Shown: positions 44,231-54,984, counted from the first letter of the stretch. The stretch is DNA of 64,000 nt from Spirochaetia bacterium (GCA_963662265.2 CAXXHA010000010.1:32001-96000), one strand, 5' to 3'. Notes: generated by a model not told the origin, from the sequence alone. Numbers and translations are program-made.

Positions 44231-45592
44231 TTAATTACTGTCTTTGAATACACAGCTTTCCCATTCCGGATTAAGACATTCATTCCACATCCCTGCTTCA
44301 AAAATAAAATCAAGAACAGTATATCTTTCCCTGAGAAACCTGGCCTTTTGAAAGCTTTCCCGAAAAGTTTTGTTATCAAGTCCAATATGGTTCGGAACAT
44401 AAGGAGCTCCTGCTTTCCTTAAGGCATTTTTCAGGTTTTCTGAGCCATACAGCTGTTTACCGAGTTTCATTTTTATTTCCGGCCATAAAAGTTTTACATA
44501 TTTCCACCGTGATATGAAATCATCCGTATCAACATATTTTTTTCTGCTCTGGTTAACTACCTGTTCCGCAAGAACACGGTCTTGAAACAATCCCCGGATT
44601 TTTTTTTCAACTTCTTTCCAGTCAGGCCTGCTTGCAGTTATTTTATCGACATCTATTTTCTCTGTTTCCATTGCCATCAGTTTTTCATATGCTGCTTCAA
44701 CAGCCACAGAACCTATCCCGACTTTTACCCCGTGAAAAGGGATATTTCCATTGTATGTGTAATTATGATTATCAAGGACATGACTGAAAATATGTTCAGC
44801 ACCGGATGCAGGCCTTGAACTCATTGCATGCTGCATTGCAAATCCGCTTATTACAAGTCCTTCCATAAGACTGGTTAAAGCATCCTGTTCTCTGTTTTTA
44901 ATCCCTTCCGGATTGCCGACCCATTTTCTTATATTATTCTGAAGCATTTCCCAGGCATTTTCATTTATATGGTCAATACCAATCGCATCTGCAATTATCC
45001 AGTCTGCCCCGGCAGGTATCTTTGCGATAAGGTCGGCATAACCTGATCCGTTCATTTCTGCCGGCGCCGAAGCAATTATATCTATATCAGCCATAACAGC
45101 AGCGGGAGCAGGACAGTCGATTGTCTGTTTATAGTTGTCTTTTGTTATTGAGGCCCCGTAAGAGGTATACCCGTCAACAGAAGCTGCTGTAGGAAATATC
45201 ATATATTCCCGGCCGCAGTTATGAGAAGCAAGCTTGACAAGATCGTTGATAGTACCGGAGCCTACAGCAATCGGGACAGCATTATTACTCCTTAAAAATT
45301 CTTCGAGTATTAATACATACTTATACTCGGCATGGATCTCTTCTTCAAAAACAAAAGGTTTAAGAACTTTTAATTCTGTATCTGAAGAAAGAATACTCAT
45401 TATAGTTTTTCCGGCAGCAATGTATGTATTCTGATCTGCAACTACAACAACTTCTTTTTCAGCAAATGACTGTTTATAGTATTTTGCAATATCTCTGATA
45501 TTCCCGCAGCCGATTACCGCTTTTCTGGTATTGCAGACCATCTCCAGTGCATTTTCGATTCTTGTGTTTATATCCTGTTCATAAGTAATCAT
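44231..45592 (-). CDS. sn-glycerol-1-phosphate dehydrogenase family (AraM/EgsA-like)
   Basis: AVGSGTINDLVK, PTAASVDGYTS, GYADLIAK..AGADW, SSRPASGAEH.FSH, HG.KVG. Confidence 0.85.
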   Translation of the reverse strand: MITYEQDINTRIENALEMVCNTRKAVIGCGNIRDIAKYYKQSFAEKEVVVVADQNTYIAAGKTIMSILSSDTELKVLKPFVFEEEIHAEYKYVLILEEFLRSNNAVPIAVGSGTINDLVKLASHNCGREYMIFPTAASVDGYTSYGASITKDNYKQTIDCPAPAAVMADIDIIASAPAEMNGSGYADLIAKIPAGADWIIADAIGIDHINENAWEMLQNNIRKWVGNPEGIKNREQDALTSLMEGLVISGFAMQHAMSSRPASGAEHIFSHVLDNHNYTYNGNIPFHGVKVGIGSVAVEAAYEKLMAMETEKIDVDKITASRPDWKEVEKKIRGLFQDRVLAEQVVNQSRKKYVDTDDFISRWKYVKLLWPEIKMKLGKQLYGSENLKNALRKAGAPYVPNHIGLDNKTFRESFQKARFLRERYTVLDFIFEAGMWNECLNPEWESCVFKDSN

Positions 45593-45635
45593 TTTGATAT
45601 CTCTTTGGAATATACTGTTTTATTAACAATTAAAG

Positions 45636-45668
45636 TCAGGTTACCCATCACATTGATGGGTAACCTGA
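45636..45668. other. Strong intergenic hairpin (15-bp stem)
   Basis: TCAGGTTACCCATCA-cat-TGATGGGTAACCTGA between the SAF oxidoreductase and G1PDH genes. Confidence 0.8.
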
Positions 45669-45675
45669 TATATAT

Positions 45676-46965
45676 TTAAAAAAATCTGTCCTGAAATTTT
45701 CTCATCTGATAAATAAGTGAATCAGTATCCAGATCCACCATGTCATAGGTAAGTATTTCACCTTTTTTGACATTTCTCTTCATTTTTGTTTTTTTGGTAA
45801 CCAGGCCAAGTGGAAGAGCATTTGATTTTTTCGCATTTACAGCGCTTTCAAAACTTCCATACACGGTATACCCCCCAATTCCATCAAGAGTCTGTCCCTC
45901 TGCCAAATCTGTTTTAGCAACAGTAATTGTTTCTGAAACCGGACCGCTTATAGGAACAATTGTTGACTGGTTATCCAGAACAGCCTTTACTGCTGAAAGA
46001 GGAGTTTCAAGACTGCAAAGATGATAAGGCCTGTATAAAACATAATTGGGACCATCGCCCATCTTGAGATAATTCATTTCATGATTAACAGAAGGTAGAT
46101 CGCTTCTTATAATAATGAAGACACCCGGGGCAACACCGTTTATATAGTCAACAACCCCGTAATTATTGAGAATACCCCCTTCTTCCTTAAGCATAAACAG
46201 ACCTGGAAGATCGCTTACCTGACCAGCAGCGCCGTGCGCGCCTCTTACATCAGGAACAAATCCTGTTGAATTTGACATGGCAGTCATCTCTACCATGGTT
46301 TTTGTGCCGTCTTTGAAAGATGTAAGCATTTTAGGACTTACACCTTTTCTTGTTGCTTCCTCATACACTGTTTCAGGGTTGCAGGAATAATCAAGCTTAT
46401 TATTTTTACCCTTCCCAATTACAAGAACCTCAAATCCGAGAGCATCTGCAAAATCATACATTTCTTTTACAGCCCCAGGTTCATCTCCCGCAGACCCGGT
46501 ATAAACAACACCGGCATTATCAGCCATCTTTTTAAGTATTGGACCGATGACTACATCAGTTTCAACATTGAGCATAACAATATGTTTTTTATTGTTTATT
46601 GAATCAATTGCAACTTTTGCTCCTACTTCAGGAACACCGGTTGCATCAATATTGACATCAATGGCATCAATCTGTGCCGCAAGCTCAGCATTGTCTGTTA
46701 CAAGGTATTTCCCTTTACCTATCCAGTCATTTGCTTCCGACACTGTATTAACTATTTTATAATCATCTTCAGACATCCCCGCATCTTTGTACGCCCTGAC
46801 TGCATTTTCAATGTTTATATCAGCGACAATTGCAGGCCTGATTCCTTTCATTGCAGACATCTGGCTTACCATGCCGTTTCCCATCTGCCCTGCTCCAATT
46901 ATACCAGCCATGATATGTTCATTTTTTTCTTCAAGTTTTAAAAGTTTTTTATTTATACCCAGCAT
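45676..46965 (-). CDS. NAD(P)-dependent oxidoreductase with C-terminal SAF domain (homoserine-dehydrogenase-like)
   Basis: GIIGAGQMG, NVETDVVIGP, GDEPG, SFKDGTKTMVEM, YRPYHL, AKTDL..G..LDGIGG. Confidence 0.85.
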   Translation of the reverse strand: MLGINKKLLKLEEKNEHIMAGIIGAGQMGNGMVSQMSAMKGIRPAIVADINIENAVRAYKDAGMSEDDYKIVNTVSEANDWIGKGKYLVTDNAELAAQIDAIDVNIDATGVPEVGAKVAIDSINNKKHIVMLNVETDVVIGPILKKMADNAGVVYTGSAGDEPGAVKEMYDFADALGFEVLVIGKGKNNKLDYSCNPETVYEEATRKGVSPKMLTSFKDGTKTMVEMTAMSNSTGFVPDVRGAHGAAGQVSDLPGLFMLKEEGGILNNYGVVDYINGVAPGVFIIIRSDLPSVNHEMNYLKMGDGPNYVLYRPYHLCSLETPLSAVKAVLDNQSTIVPISGPVSETITVAKTDLAEGQTLDGIGGYTVYGSFESAVNAKKSNALPLGLVTKKTKMKRNVKKGEILTYDMVDLDTDSLIYQMRKFQDRFF

Positions 46966-46987
46966 AACTGCTCCTTATAATTTTTTT

Positions 46988-47854
46988 TTACATCAATCCT
47001 GATGTAATCATTTTATCTACAAGTCTTGCGACTCCATCTTCGGTATTTTTTTCTGTTATATATTTAGCTATTTTTTTGACGTTTTCATTTCCATTTTCCA
47101 TAGCAACGCCGTATCCTGCCCATTTAATCATCTCAATATCATTGTCATAATCACCTACAACTACCACTTCATCAGGAGTAATATCCCGTTCACTGCATAT
47201 TTCTTCCAGCGCGGATTTTTTACTGATACCTGCAGCATTTATATCAAAGCGTCTTTTACCTGTCCGTGTAATTGTAAGTTCGGGCCATTCTGACATCTCG
47301 TCATGAAGTTTCTGAACCAGGTCTGTGTCATCATCAAGAACAGTTGCCTTGATAATTTCCGCAGTGCCGCTGCAGATAAAATCCCTGATATTACCAACTG
47401 CCCTTACCTGAATATGATTTGCCTGATTTCTGTAGTTCTCAAAAGTAAGTTCCAGATCAGGATTTATAACAACATTTTTCAATGGCCACATTCTGTTTTC
47501 TTCATTGAGTTCCTCTACATAAAGAATGTTATAGCCGTAAAACTGTACATATGAATTTTTACTGTTTATATAATCAGCAATTTTCAATGAAGTTTCAGTC
47601 TTTAAATAATTAATCTTAATTGATTCTCCTGTCACTGGATCAACAATTGCCCCGCCGTTTAACGCAACAAGCGGAGTCTTTATCCCGATGCATTTTGCAT
47701 GAAGCCACAGAGAAGCCGGGAATCTGCCGGAAGCCAGTGTCACATCTCTCTTTTTATATATCAATTTTTGCAAGCCGTTTTTCACAGGTTCTGTAAGGAC
47801 TCTATTCGCATCCAAAAGTGTATCGTCCATATCAAGAGCCAATAATTTGTACAT
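46988..47854 (-). CDS. Cof-type HAD-IIB phosphatase
   Basis: LALDMDDTLL, LASGR, GISK, GDYDNDIEM..AG.GVAM.N. Confidence 0.9.
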   Translation of the reverse strand: MYKLLALDMDDTLLDANRVLTEPVKNGLQKLIYKKRDVTLASGRFPASLWLHAKCIGIKTPLVALNGGAIVDPVTGESIKINYLKTETSLKIADYINSKNSYVQFYGYNILYVEELNEENRMWPLKNVVINPDLELTFENYRNQANHIQVRAVGNIRDFICSGTAEIIKATVLDDDTDLVQKLHDEMSEWPELTITRTGKRRFDINAAGISKKSALEEICSERDITPDEVVVVGDYDNDIEMIKWAGYGVAMENGNENVKKIAKYITEKNTEDGVARLVDKMITSGLM

Positions 47855-47905
47855 ATTTTTTTAATCCTTATTTACCAAGGTGTGTTTAAGTTCATTTTCA
47901 GTTTT

Positions 47906-48646
47906 TCAATCTACTGTATAAACAGATTTCATATGGGGCATAACAACTTCGCCTCCAAAGGAATCACAGGCATTTTTCTTTAACAACTCAATATCGCAAT
48001 CATGAGATATATGTGATAGGAGAAGTTTTTTAACTTTCCCCTTTCTTGCTATCAAACCCGCTTCATGAGCATTCATATGCCCTTCCCCGGTAGTGTGCCT
48101 GCTTTCCCTGGACACAGCAGCTCCGCAAATCAGAAAGTCTGCATTCATTGCAAAATCAGCAAGAGAATCCATATAAACAGTGTCTGTTATATAGACAATT
48201 ACTTTTCCGTTCTGTTCGATTCTTATGGCATAACAGGGAATAGTATGGTTAACAGGCATAAATGTTATGTTCATACCTGAAATATTTATATTTCTGTTTT
48301 TATCCATATCATATAACTCTGCATTCTTCCCCTGTATTGTTTTCCACACATCTTCAGGTTCTGAAGGTGAATATATCTGCAGTTTATCTTTCATTTTTCC
48401 GCTTCTTATTGCATAGTTTGCAGAATACTGAAGAATACTAACATCACACATGTGATCATAGTGAAGGTGAGTAAGCAGAACAGCTGATACGTTCTCAACA
48501 TTTGCGTAAAACGGGAACCTGCTCATCACACCGCTGCCGCAATCAAGAAGAACCTGCCCGGAGTCTCCAGTTATTAAATAACCTGAAGTTGCGCCTCCGG
48601 CAGAAGGAAATGTTCCCCAAAATCCCAATACATTGACTTTAAACAC
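47906..48646 (-). CDS. MBL-fold metallohydrolase (RNase Z/YhfI-like phosphodiesterase)
   Basis: LLDCGSG, THLHYDH, H....Y, DT, GHM, LSH. Confidence 0.85.
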   Translation of the reverse strand: MFKVNVLGFWGTFPSAGGATSGYLITGDSGQVLLDCGSGVMSRFPFYANVENVSAVLLTHLHYDHMCDVSILQYSANYAIRSGKMKDKLQIYSPSEPEDVWKTIQGKNAELYDMDKNRNINISGMNITFMPVNHTIPCYAIRIEQNGKVIVYITDTVYMDSLADFAMNADFLICGAAVSRESRHTTGEGHMNAHEAGLIARKGKVKKLLLSHISHDCDIELLKKNACDSFGGEVVMPHMKSVYTVD

Positions 48647-48657
48647 ATTAACCTCAA

Positions 48658-49713
48658 TTATTTATCAAGCCATACAGCATCTTTTATTCTCATGCCGACT
48701 ACATCTCCGACATCAAAATTGTTAGAGACATCAGAAAGAACCCTGAGCATTTCATTTTCAACCGATATATAGTATTCAATCGAATGGCCAAGATAAAGTT
48801 TTCTCGAGATACATCCTTTGAGAGGAGAACCCTGATCAAAATCTATCTTGTTTGGCCTTACCGCCAGCAATCCCTTGTCTGATAGTCTTTCCCTCTTTTT
48901 TACAGAAACCATTTCGCCGTACATATTCACAGTCATTTCATCCTTTGAACTGTCACCGGCCCATTCACATGGGAGAGTATTTGCCGATCCGATGAATTTA
49001 GCTACAAATGAGTTAGCTGGTTCCTGATACAATTCCTGAGGACTTCCCATCTGAATAAGTTTTCCCTTTTTCATGACAATTACCTTGTCAGACATAGACA
49101 TTGCTTCAACCTGGTCGTGTGTTACATTTATAATTGTAACTTTCATCCTCTTCTGAATTTCCTTAATCTCACTTCTCATCTGCTCTCTTAAGGCTGCATC
49201 AAGATTGGAAAGGGGTTCATCAAGCAGAAGTATTTTAGGATCCATGACAAGGGCCCTTGCAAGGGCAACTCTCTGCTGCTGACCGCCTGAAAGTTCATGA
49301 GGATATCTTGATGAAAACGGAAGAAGATCTACTATTTTCAGGACCTCTTCTGTCTTCTGCTTAATGATATTCTTATCCTCTTTCCTGATTTTTAGCGGAT
49401 ATGCAACGTTATTGAAGACGTTCATATGCGGCCAGACAGCATATGTCTGAAAAACCATTCCAATTTCTCTCTTTTCCGGCTGTAAAAAAGTGTTGTTGCT
49501 TTTATTAACAACTTCTCTTCCGTCAATCGAAATAACCCCTTCTTCCGGGACTATGAATCCGGCAATCATTCTTAATGTAGTTGTTTTTCCACAGCCGGAA
49601 GGCCCGACAATAGTTGCCAGTTCATTTTCATTTATTTCAATATTAACGTTATCAACTACTGTTATATTCCCCTGATAACGTTTTGTAAGATTTTTTATCT
49701 CAAGTTTGCCCAT
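48658..49713 (-). CDS. ABC transporter ATP-binding protein (FbpC/PotA-like)
   Basis: GPSGCGKTT, LSGGQQQRVALARA, LLLDEPLSNLD, VTHDQ.EA. Confidence 0.95.
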   Translation of the reverse strand: MGKLEIKNLTKRYQGNITVVDNVNIEINENELATIVGPSGCGKTTTLRMIAGFIVPEEGVISIDGREVVNKSNNTFLQPEKREIGMVFQTYAVWPHMNVFNNVAYPLKIRKEDKNIIKQKTEEVLKIVDLLPFSSRYPHELSGGQQQRVALARALVMDPKILLLDEPLSNLDAALREQMRSEIKEIQKRMKVTIINVTHDQVEAMSMSDKVIVMKKGKLIQMGSPQELYQEPANSFVAKFIGSANTLPCEWAGDSSKDEMTVNMYGEMVSVKKRERLSDKGLLAVRPNKIDFDQGSPLKGCISRKLYLGHSIEYYISVENEMLRVLSDVSNNFDVGDVVGMRIKDAVWLDK

Positions 49714-49757
49714 ATTCTTCTCCTTTCCAGATAATCATTTACCGTGTATTTTTAGCC

Positions 49758-51491
49758 TTATGAATATAGTTTTCTGTCGCCTATGGTATTTATCAGAACA
49801 TTCATTCCAAGAACAAACAGCATAAGCAGAGTTGCCAGAGCTGCTGTCAGTATTGTCTTTCCCTCTTCCTGGGCAGCATAGACAATAACTCCAATAGTCT
49901 CATGATTAACAGTCCAGAGCAGCGCTGACAAAGTTATTTCTGATAATGCAGGCATCATGACAAGAAAAAAAGCAGCAAACATGCTTGGTCTCAGTAATGG
50001 AAACATGATATCCCTGAAAGACCTCAACTGGCTGGCGCCGCATATACGGCTGGCCTCTTCCAGTGAAGGGTTTATCTGCCCTATTGCGCCTGTAATTGTC
50101 TGAACACCAAGGTTCATGAACTTTGCGAGATATGCGACAAGAAGTATCCATATAGTTCCGTATAATTTCAGCCCGATAACAGGCAGCCTTGTTGCAAATG
50201 CGAGTATCATTGCCAGCGCTATAATTGTTCCCGGAACTGCATATGGAATAGTAACCATTGTCTGTACATGCCTGGTCCCTTTTCTTAATTTCCGGACACT
50301 GACATATGCGATAATTGTTCCCACCATGGAAACTATGAGTCCTGCTGATATTGCCAGCATAAAACTGTTGATAAATCCTCTCTTTATATTTGCAATCTGA
50401 AAGAGCTTAATAAAATTATTCAGAGTCATATTGTCCAATGAGAAAGGCAATCCATAAATCTTTGTTAAAGCGGTTACCAGAGTAACAAGAAATGGAGCTA
50501 CAGTTGTTCCGAGAAAAATTACAGATAATATTGAAAAAGTCAGAATGTTCCATTTGCCCATGCGTGTCACTTCACTTGAACCGCTTTTACCGCTTACAAC
50601 AACATATTTATTCTTCTTGGTTAAAACAAATGACATATGGAGTCCTACAATCCCGAAAAGAGAGAGAACTATTGAGTTGGCAGCTGCTATCTGAAGGTTA
50701 TTGGGTAAATCCGGCCTTGAAATAGTCTGATATATCTGAGTAGTCATCAGCTGTATCTGCTCAGGCGCCCCAAGCACTGCTGCTACTCCAAAATCAGCAA
50801 GAGCATTCATAAACAGAAGGAGCATCCCTCCAAGTATTGAAGGTACAATAAGGGGGATTACAATATCCTTGATAGTCCTCAAGGGGGTAGCTCCTGAGAT
50901 TCTTGCAGCCTCTTCAACTGAAGCATTGATTTTTTTAATTGCAGGAAGAACGACAATATACGGTATGGTATATTTATAAATTGACATAACAAATATCATT
51001 CCGCCCTTGCTGTATATATTAAAAAAAGATTCGCTTAAATTGTATATTTTCATAAACAACTGATTTATGTATCCGACAGGTCCCAACAAATAAGTCCAGG
51101 CAATTGCTCCAATAAAGGGTGGAATTAAATATGGAATAATAAGAAGAATACTCCACATTTTTTTAAATGGTATATCTGTTCTGGCAACTATCCAGGCAAG
51201 AATAACTCCTATTGCAGTTCCAATTAAAGTAACAGGCAATACAACGATCATGCTGTTTACAATACTTTTCAGCACCATCGGATCTTTGAAAATATAGATA
51301 TAGTTAAAAAATCCAAAACCGCTATCAGTTTTAAAACTGCTTATTATGAGAACTACAGAAGGATAAAATATTGTAAAGCATAACAGGATGACAGTTCCCC
51401 ACCAGACAATGTTTGGTAAGAAATCGCCATTTGAAAGTATTTTTTCCTGCAAAAAAGTACTTTCAAGTTTCTTTTTATTTTGATGTAACAT
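49758..51491 (-). CDS. ABC transporter permease, duplicated domain (FbpB/AfuB-like); start uncertain
   Basis: Two EAA motifs (EEAARISGA; EEASRICGA), about 12 TM segments. Confidence 0.9.
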   Translation of the reverse strand: MLHQNKKKLESTFLQEKILSNGDFLPNIVWWGTVILLCFTIFYPSVVLIISSFKTDSGFGFFNYIYIFKDPMVLKSIVNSMIVVLPVTLIGTAIGVILAWIVARTDIPFKKMWSILLIIPYLIPPFIGAIAWTYLLGPVGYINQLFMKIYNLSESFFNIYSKGGMIFVMSIYKYTIPYIVVLPAIKKINASVEEAARISGATPLRTIKDIVIPLIVPSILGGMLLLFMNALADFGVAAVLGAPEQIQLMTTQIYQTISRPDLPNNLQIAAANSIVLSLFGIVGLHMSFVLTKKNKYVVVSGKSGSSEVTRMGKWNILTFSILSVIFLGTTVAPFLVTLVTALTKIYGLPFSLDNMTLNNFIKLFQIANIKRGFINSFMLAISAGLIVSMVGTIIAYVSVRKLRKGTRHVQTMVTIPYAVPGTIIALAMILAFATRLPVIGLKLYGTIWILLVAYLAKFMNLGVQTITGAIGQINPSLEEASRICGASQLRSFRDIMFPLLRPSMFAAFFLVMMPALSEITLSALLWTVNHETIGVIVYAAQEEGKTILTAALATLLMLFVLGMNVLINTIGDRKLYS

Positions 51492-51542
51492 TAAAAATAT
51501 CCTTTTATTATCAATACGATATAACAAAAATATGTTTTAAAA

Positions 51543-51575
51543 TTGACAGGCAGCTTTTTAAAACCTGCCTGTCAA
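51543..51575. other. Hairpin downstream of the binding-protein gene (mRNA stabiliser or partial terminator)
   Basis: TTGACAGGCAG...CTGCCTGTCAA. Confidence 0.7.
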
Positions 51576-51612
51576 AATTAGTTTTAAAGAACGATTACTA
51601 ATCCGTTTCGGA

Positions 51613-52638
51613 TTATTTCATTTCAAAAATGTTGGAAAACTCTTCACGAAGGTATGATCTGTTTTCGCTCAGATATACAAGATCAAGGTCCAGAAGTTTA
51701 ATTTCATCAAGTGCAGGAGCTCCTTCCGGTACGCCTACACTGTTTTTCACAGGTATATAACCCTGGGCAACAAACATTTTCTGGCATTCCTCTGACAAAA
51801 GGAAATCAATGACTTTTTTAGCAGAGTCCTGAACTTTTGATGTTGAAATAATACCTACAGGAGTAGGGATCAGAGCCGCACCTTCTGAAGGCCATACAGA
51901 TTTAACAGGTGATCCTTCATTTTCAGCATTTCTTGCCATAAAATCGACAACAGAAATTGCCCAGTATTCTCCGCTTGAAACCTTGCTTGTAAGCTTTCCG
52001 TTGGAGAGTTCAAATTTACATTCATTGCCTTTAAGAGATTTGTAATAATCCCAACCCAGTCCCTGGTTATCAACAAGCTGTGAAAGTGTCAGAAATGCTG
52101 CTCCTGAGTAGTTTGGATTGGCAATTGCAGCCTTGCTTTTCAGATTTGAATTGTATAAATCATGCCATGAAACAAGAGGATCTGAAACTTTTAAAGTATT
52201 ATATGCAAGTACATTAAAAATCTGTCTTACTTCATAAAATTTCCCATCATTATATTTATAACGGGGATCAAGATCCTTAGCTTCAGGTGAATCATATTTC
52301 ACAAGAAGATTTTTTGAATCAAGCTTTGAAAAATAATCAACATCAGCAAACCAGATAAGGTCTGCCTGAGTTTCCCCGGTTTCAAGCTCTGCTTCTATCT
52401 TTGAGACAACTGCACCAGTTCCTGATCTGAAAATATTAACAGTAATATCAGGATTGCTCTTTGAAAAAACATTCATCATCTCATTTACCTTGTCCTGAGA
52501 CTCAGAAGTATAAAGATTGACAACAGTTGGTTCCGCAGAATCTGTTGATTTTTCCTCGCTGCTTCCCGCTGCTGACAGATTAATCACAGGCATCATGATT
52601 AGCACAGCAAACAAGCAAACTACAGTCACACGTTTCAT
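51613..52638 (-). CDS. ABC transporter substrate-binding protein (AfuA/FbpA-like)
   Basis: Signal peptide; LYTS, RSGTG....KIEAE, ADLIW, SW.DL, ANP.YSG, WPSEG. Confidence 0.85.
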   Translation of the reverse strand: MKRVTVVCLFAVLIMMPVINLSAAGSSEEKSTDSAEPTVVNLYTSESQDKVNEMMNVFSKSNPDITVNIFRSGTGAVVSKIEAELETGETQADLIWFADVDYFSKLDSKNLLVKYDSPEAKDLDPRYKYNDGKFYEVRQIFNVLAYNTLKVSDPLVSWHDLYNSNLKSKAAIANPNYSGAAFLTLSQLVDNQGLGWDYYKSLKGNECKFELSNGKLTSKVSSGEYWAISVVDFMARNAENEGSPVKSVWPSEGAALIPTPVGIISTSKVQDSAKKVIDFLLSEECQKMFVAQGYIPVKNSVGVPEGAPALDEIKLLDLDLVYLSENRSYLREEFSNIFEMK

Positions 52639-52695
52639 AAAAATTTTCTCCTTAAGTTATTTATAATTAAATCCCGATTAAACATTTTTCTGCTA

Positions 52696-53640
52696 TCAGG
52701 AATCAATTTCCATTATTTTTTCAACAGTTTCATCATCACTGATCAAAGTGTTGAACCATTCACCTTTTATCCCGGCAAGAATTGAACCGGCTTTTTCTTC
52801 TCCCCGCCCGACAGCAATTGCAGCAGGGATCTTTTTTATTTCTTCATGAGGAAGAGCAATAACCCTTTTATTAAGCGGGATATCAAGAATTCTTCCCTCT
52901 GAATCAAATTGCCATCCAAGGATGTCACCTTCAATTTTTTTATCTTCATTGTTTTTCAAATCTACAAATCCCCCTTCAACAAGGCTGGATTTTTCATTTC
53001 TGATAGTCCCTACACCGAATACAGCCATATCAAGATTGCTGCAGATATCAAAAACTTCTCGTATTGCTTTTTCATTAAAAAAGGATTCCCTTACTTCTTC
53101 ACTTCCCACAATCAGGGGTGCAGGACAATATACATAGGAACCGCCTATCTTTTCGGCCAGCTTCCTTACAAGATCTACTCCGTCATATTTGGGATCTTTA
53201 AGCGGTATATAGCCAGACATCTGCACAACTGTACTGTTTTCTAGAACAGTTTCCTGCATTATTGAAAACGCCCGGTAGAGAGTTCTTGATCTACCTATTC
53301 CGATATTTATTCCTGTTTTCAGATATGTAGTAATACACTGCGCTGCCAGATTCCCAAGCATTTTTTCTTTCAAGTCATGATGAACCATGTTTTTTGTATT
53401 AAGCAGATATACATCTTTAAGCTTATATCTGTCCTTAAATTCCCGTTCAAGCTGCCAGTTTCTCTTAAGTGCATAATTTACCCGAACATCAATAAGACCA
53501 ATATTCCTGCTTGTATCAAGCATCCGAGAAACCATTGATCTTGATTTCCCTATCATCTTTGCTATCTGGTCCTGATTCAAACCTTCTTCAAAATATAAAA
53601 CTGCTACCTGAGCCAGCAGATCCAGTCTTTCCTCTTCCAT
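52696..53640 (-). CDS. SorC/DeoR-type sugar-binding transcriptional regulator
   Basis: VA.LYF..GLNQ.QIA...G.SR..VSR.L HTH; IGIG..RT, PAPLIV, GDI....FD..G, LISDDET. Confidence 0.9.
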   Translation of the reverse strand: MEEERLDLLAQVAVLYFEEGLNQDQIAKMIGKSRSMVSRMLDTSRNIGLIDVRVNYALKRNWQLEREFKDRYKLKDVYLLNTKNMVHHDLKEKMLGNLAAQCITTYLKTGINIGIGRSRTLYRAFSIMQETVLENSTVVQMSGYIPLKDPKYDGVDLVRKLAEKIGGSYVYCPAPLIVGSEEVRESFFNEKAIREVFDICSNLDMAVFGVGTIRNEKSSLVEGGFVDLKNNEDKKIEGDILGWQFDSEGRILDIPLNKRVIALPHEEIKKIPAAIAVGRGEEKAGSILAGIKGEWFNTLISDDETVEKIMEIDS

Positions 53641-53655
53641 TTGCGCGCCCCTCGC

Positions 53656-53722
53656 ATTCACTATTGTGAATCTCAATTCATATATGTGAATTCATGCTAA
53701 CGCATAATATTTCTGCTGTCAA
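53656..53722 (-). promoter_or_regulatory. Promoter plus tandem palindromic operators of the SorC-transporter operon
   Basis: Minus-strand TTGACA (53717-53722)-17-TAGCAT (53694-53699); ATTCAC-tatt-GTGAAT (53656-53671) and ATTCAT-atat-GTGAAT (53676-53691). Confidence 0.72.
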
Positions 53723-53942
53723 GTTTTTTTATTAAAATAAAAAGATTAGTTTTTCAGAATCAAGACAGTATTTTTAGAGTTTTTTTAATAGGTATAAAAA
53801 TCATTGAGACTTAAAAGACAGGTAGTTTAGTAAAAGTTTTTATATAATGAGGAGGTAATTCTATATTTTATAACAGCTTTATAAGCTTTATGGGAATCTC
53901 TGAAACCCGTTTTTGCCAGACTGAAAATTCCCCTGCAGCAGA

Positions 53943-54965
53943 TTAGTTGAAATTATCATTTACTACTGCAGTTAAAATATCACTCATACATGGGACCCAA
54001 TCAGAATTGGAATCACAAACAGATTCAACAACAGCCTCAATCGAACTTCTTTCAAAAGGAACACCTTTGATTTTCTTTACAAATTTATTGATCATTTCGG
54101 GATACAGACAGTCTGTAAATATAACAGCATCAAGTACTTCAGCATTCTTCACATCAAGATTAATTTCCACGGTACCCCATTCAAACCATTTTTCAAGCCT
54201 GTAATTAAAATCAGGACTTTTTTTATACACCCATTCCCAGCTTTTCATCAGCTCATAATAATCAATTAACCTGGGGGTTCTCTTTAAAACATTCAAATCA
54301 AGTATTTCTTTTTCACCAGAACCCCGGTATTCAAAAAATGTTTCAGTAATAACTCTTTCAAGAACTTCTGTATCGATTTCATTATTGTATTCATTAAGAT
54401 TCGCAACACGTGATTTGACAGATTTTATACCTTTTGATTCAAGCTTCTTCCTGTCGGGATTCAAATACATTGATAGCCGCTCAAGGTCAACATCAACAAG
54501 TAATGTTCCATGATGAAACGCCCTGTCTTTTGTCAATTTAAAAGCAGAACCAGAAATCTTTCTGCCTTCAACAAGAATATCATTCCTCCCCGAGACTTCC
54601 GCTTTGATTCCCAGTTTGGAAAGTGCCTGGATTATTATTTCAAAATTTCTCTCTTTGCTGTAATTGTCAACACCTGACATAAATGTGAAATTAAGATTTT
54701 TTCTGTCATGATAAACAGCGCCTCCCCCGCTCTGTCTGCGGGCAAGCTTAACATTATCTTTTTCCATAATTTCAAGCCTGCACTCTTTCCAGGGATTCTG
54801 ATAACGCCCTATTACAACAGTATCTGAATTCCTCCAGAGGTAGAGATAGTGCTTTTCAGGAGCAATATCATTAAATATCCAGTTTTCGATAGCAAGATTA
54901 AACCACGGGTTTTCTGTACCCGAATAAAATACTTTAGTTTCGATTTGTTTTTTTTCAGCTTCCAT
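53943..54965 (-). CDS. lplA: Lipoate--protein ligase A
   Basis: NPWFNLAIE, VVIGRYQNPW.E, RRQSGGGAVYHD, GRNDI...GRKISGSA, HHGTLL, SVKSRVANL. Confidence 0.93.
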   Translation of the reverse strand: MEAEKKQIETKVFYSGTENPWFNLAIENWIFNDIAPEKHYLYLWRNSDTVVIGRYQNPWKECRLEIMEKDNVKLARRQSGGGAVYHDRKNLNFTFMSGVDNYSKERNFEIIIQALSKLGIKAEVSGRNDILVEGRKISGSAFKLTKDRAFHHGTLLVDVDLERLSMYLNPDRKKLESKGIKSVKSRVANLNEYNNEIDTEVLERVITETFFEYRGSGEKEILDLNVLKRTPRLIDYYELMKSWEWVYKKSPDFNYRLEKWFEWGTVEINLDVKNAEVLDAVIFTDCLYPEMINKFVKKIKGVPFERSSIEAVVESVCDSNSDWVPCMSDILTAVVNDNFN

Positions 54966-54984
54966 AATTTTCAGTTCATATAAT

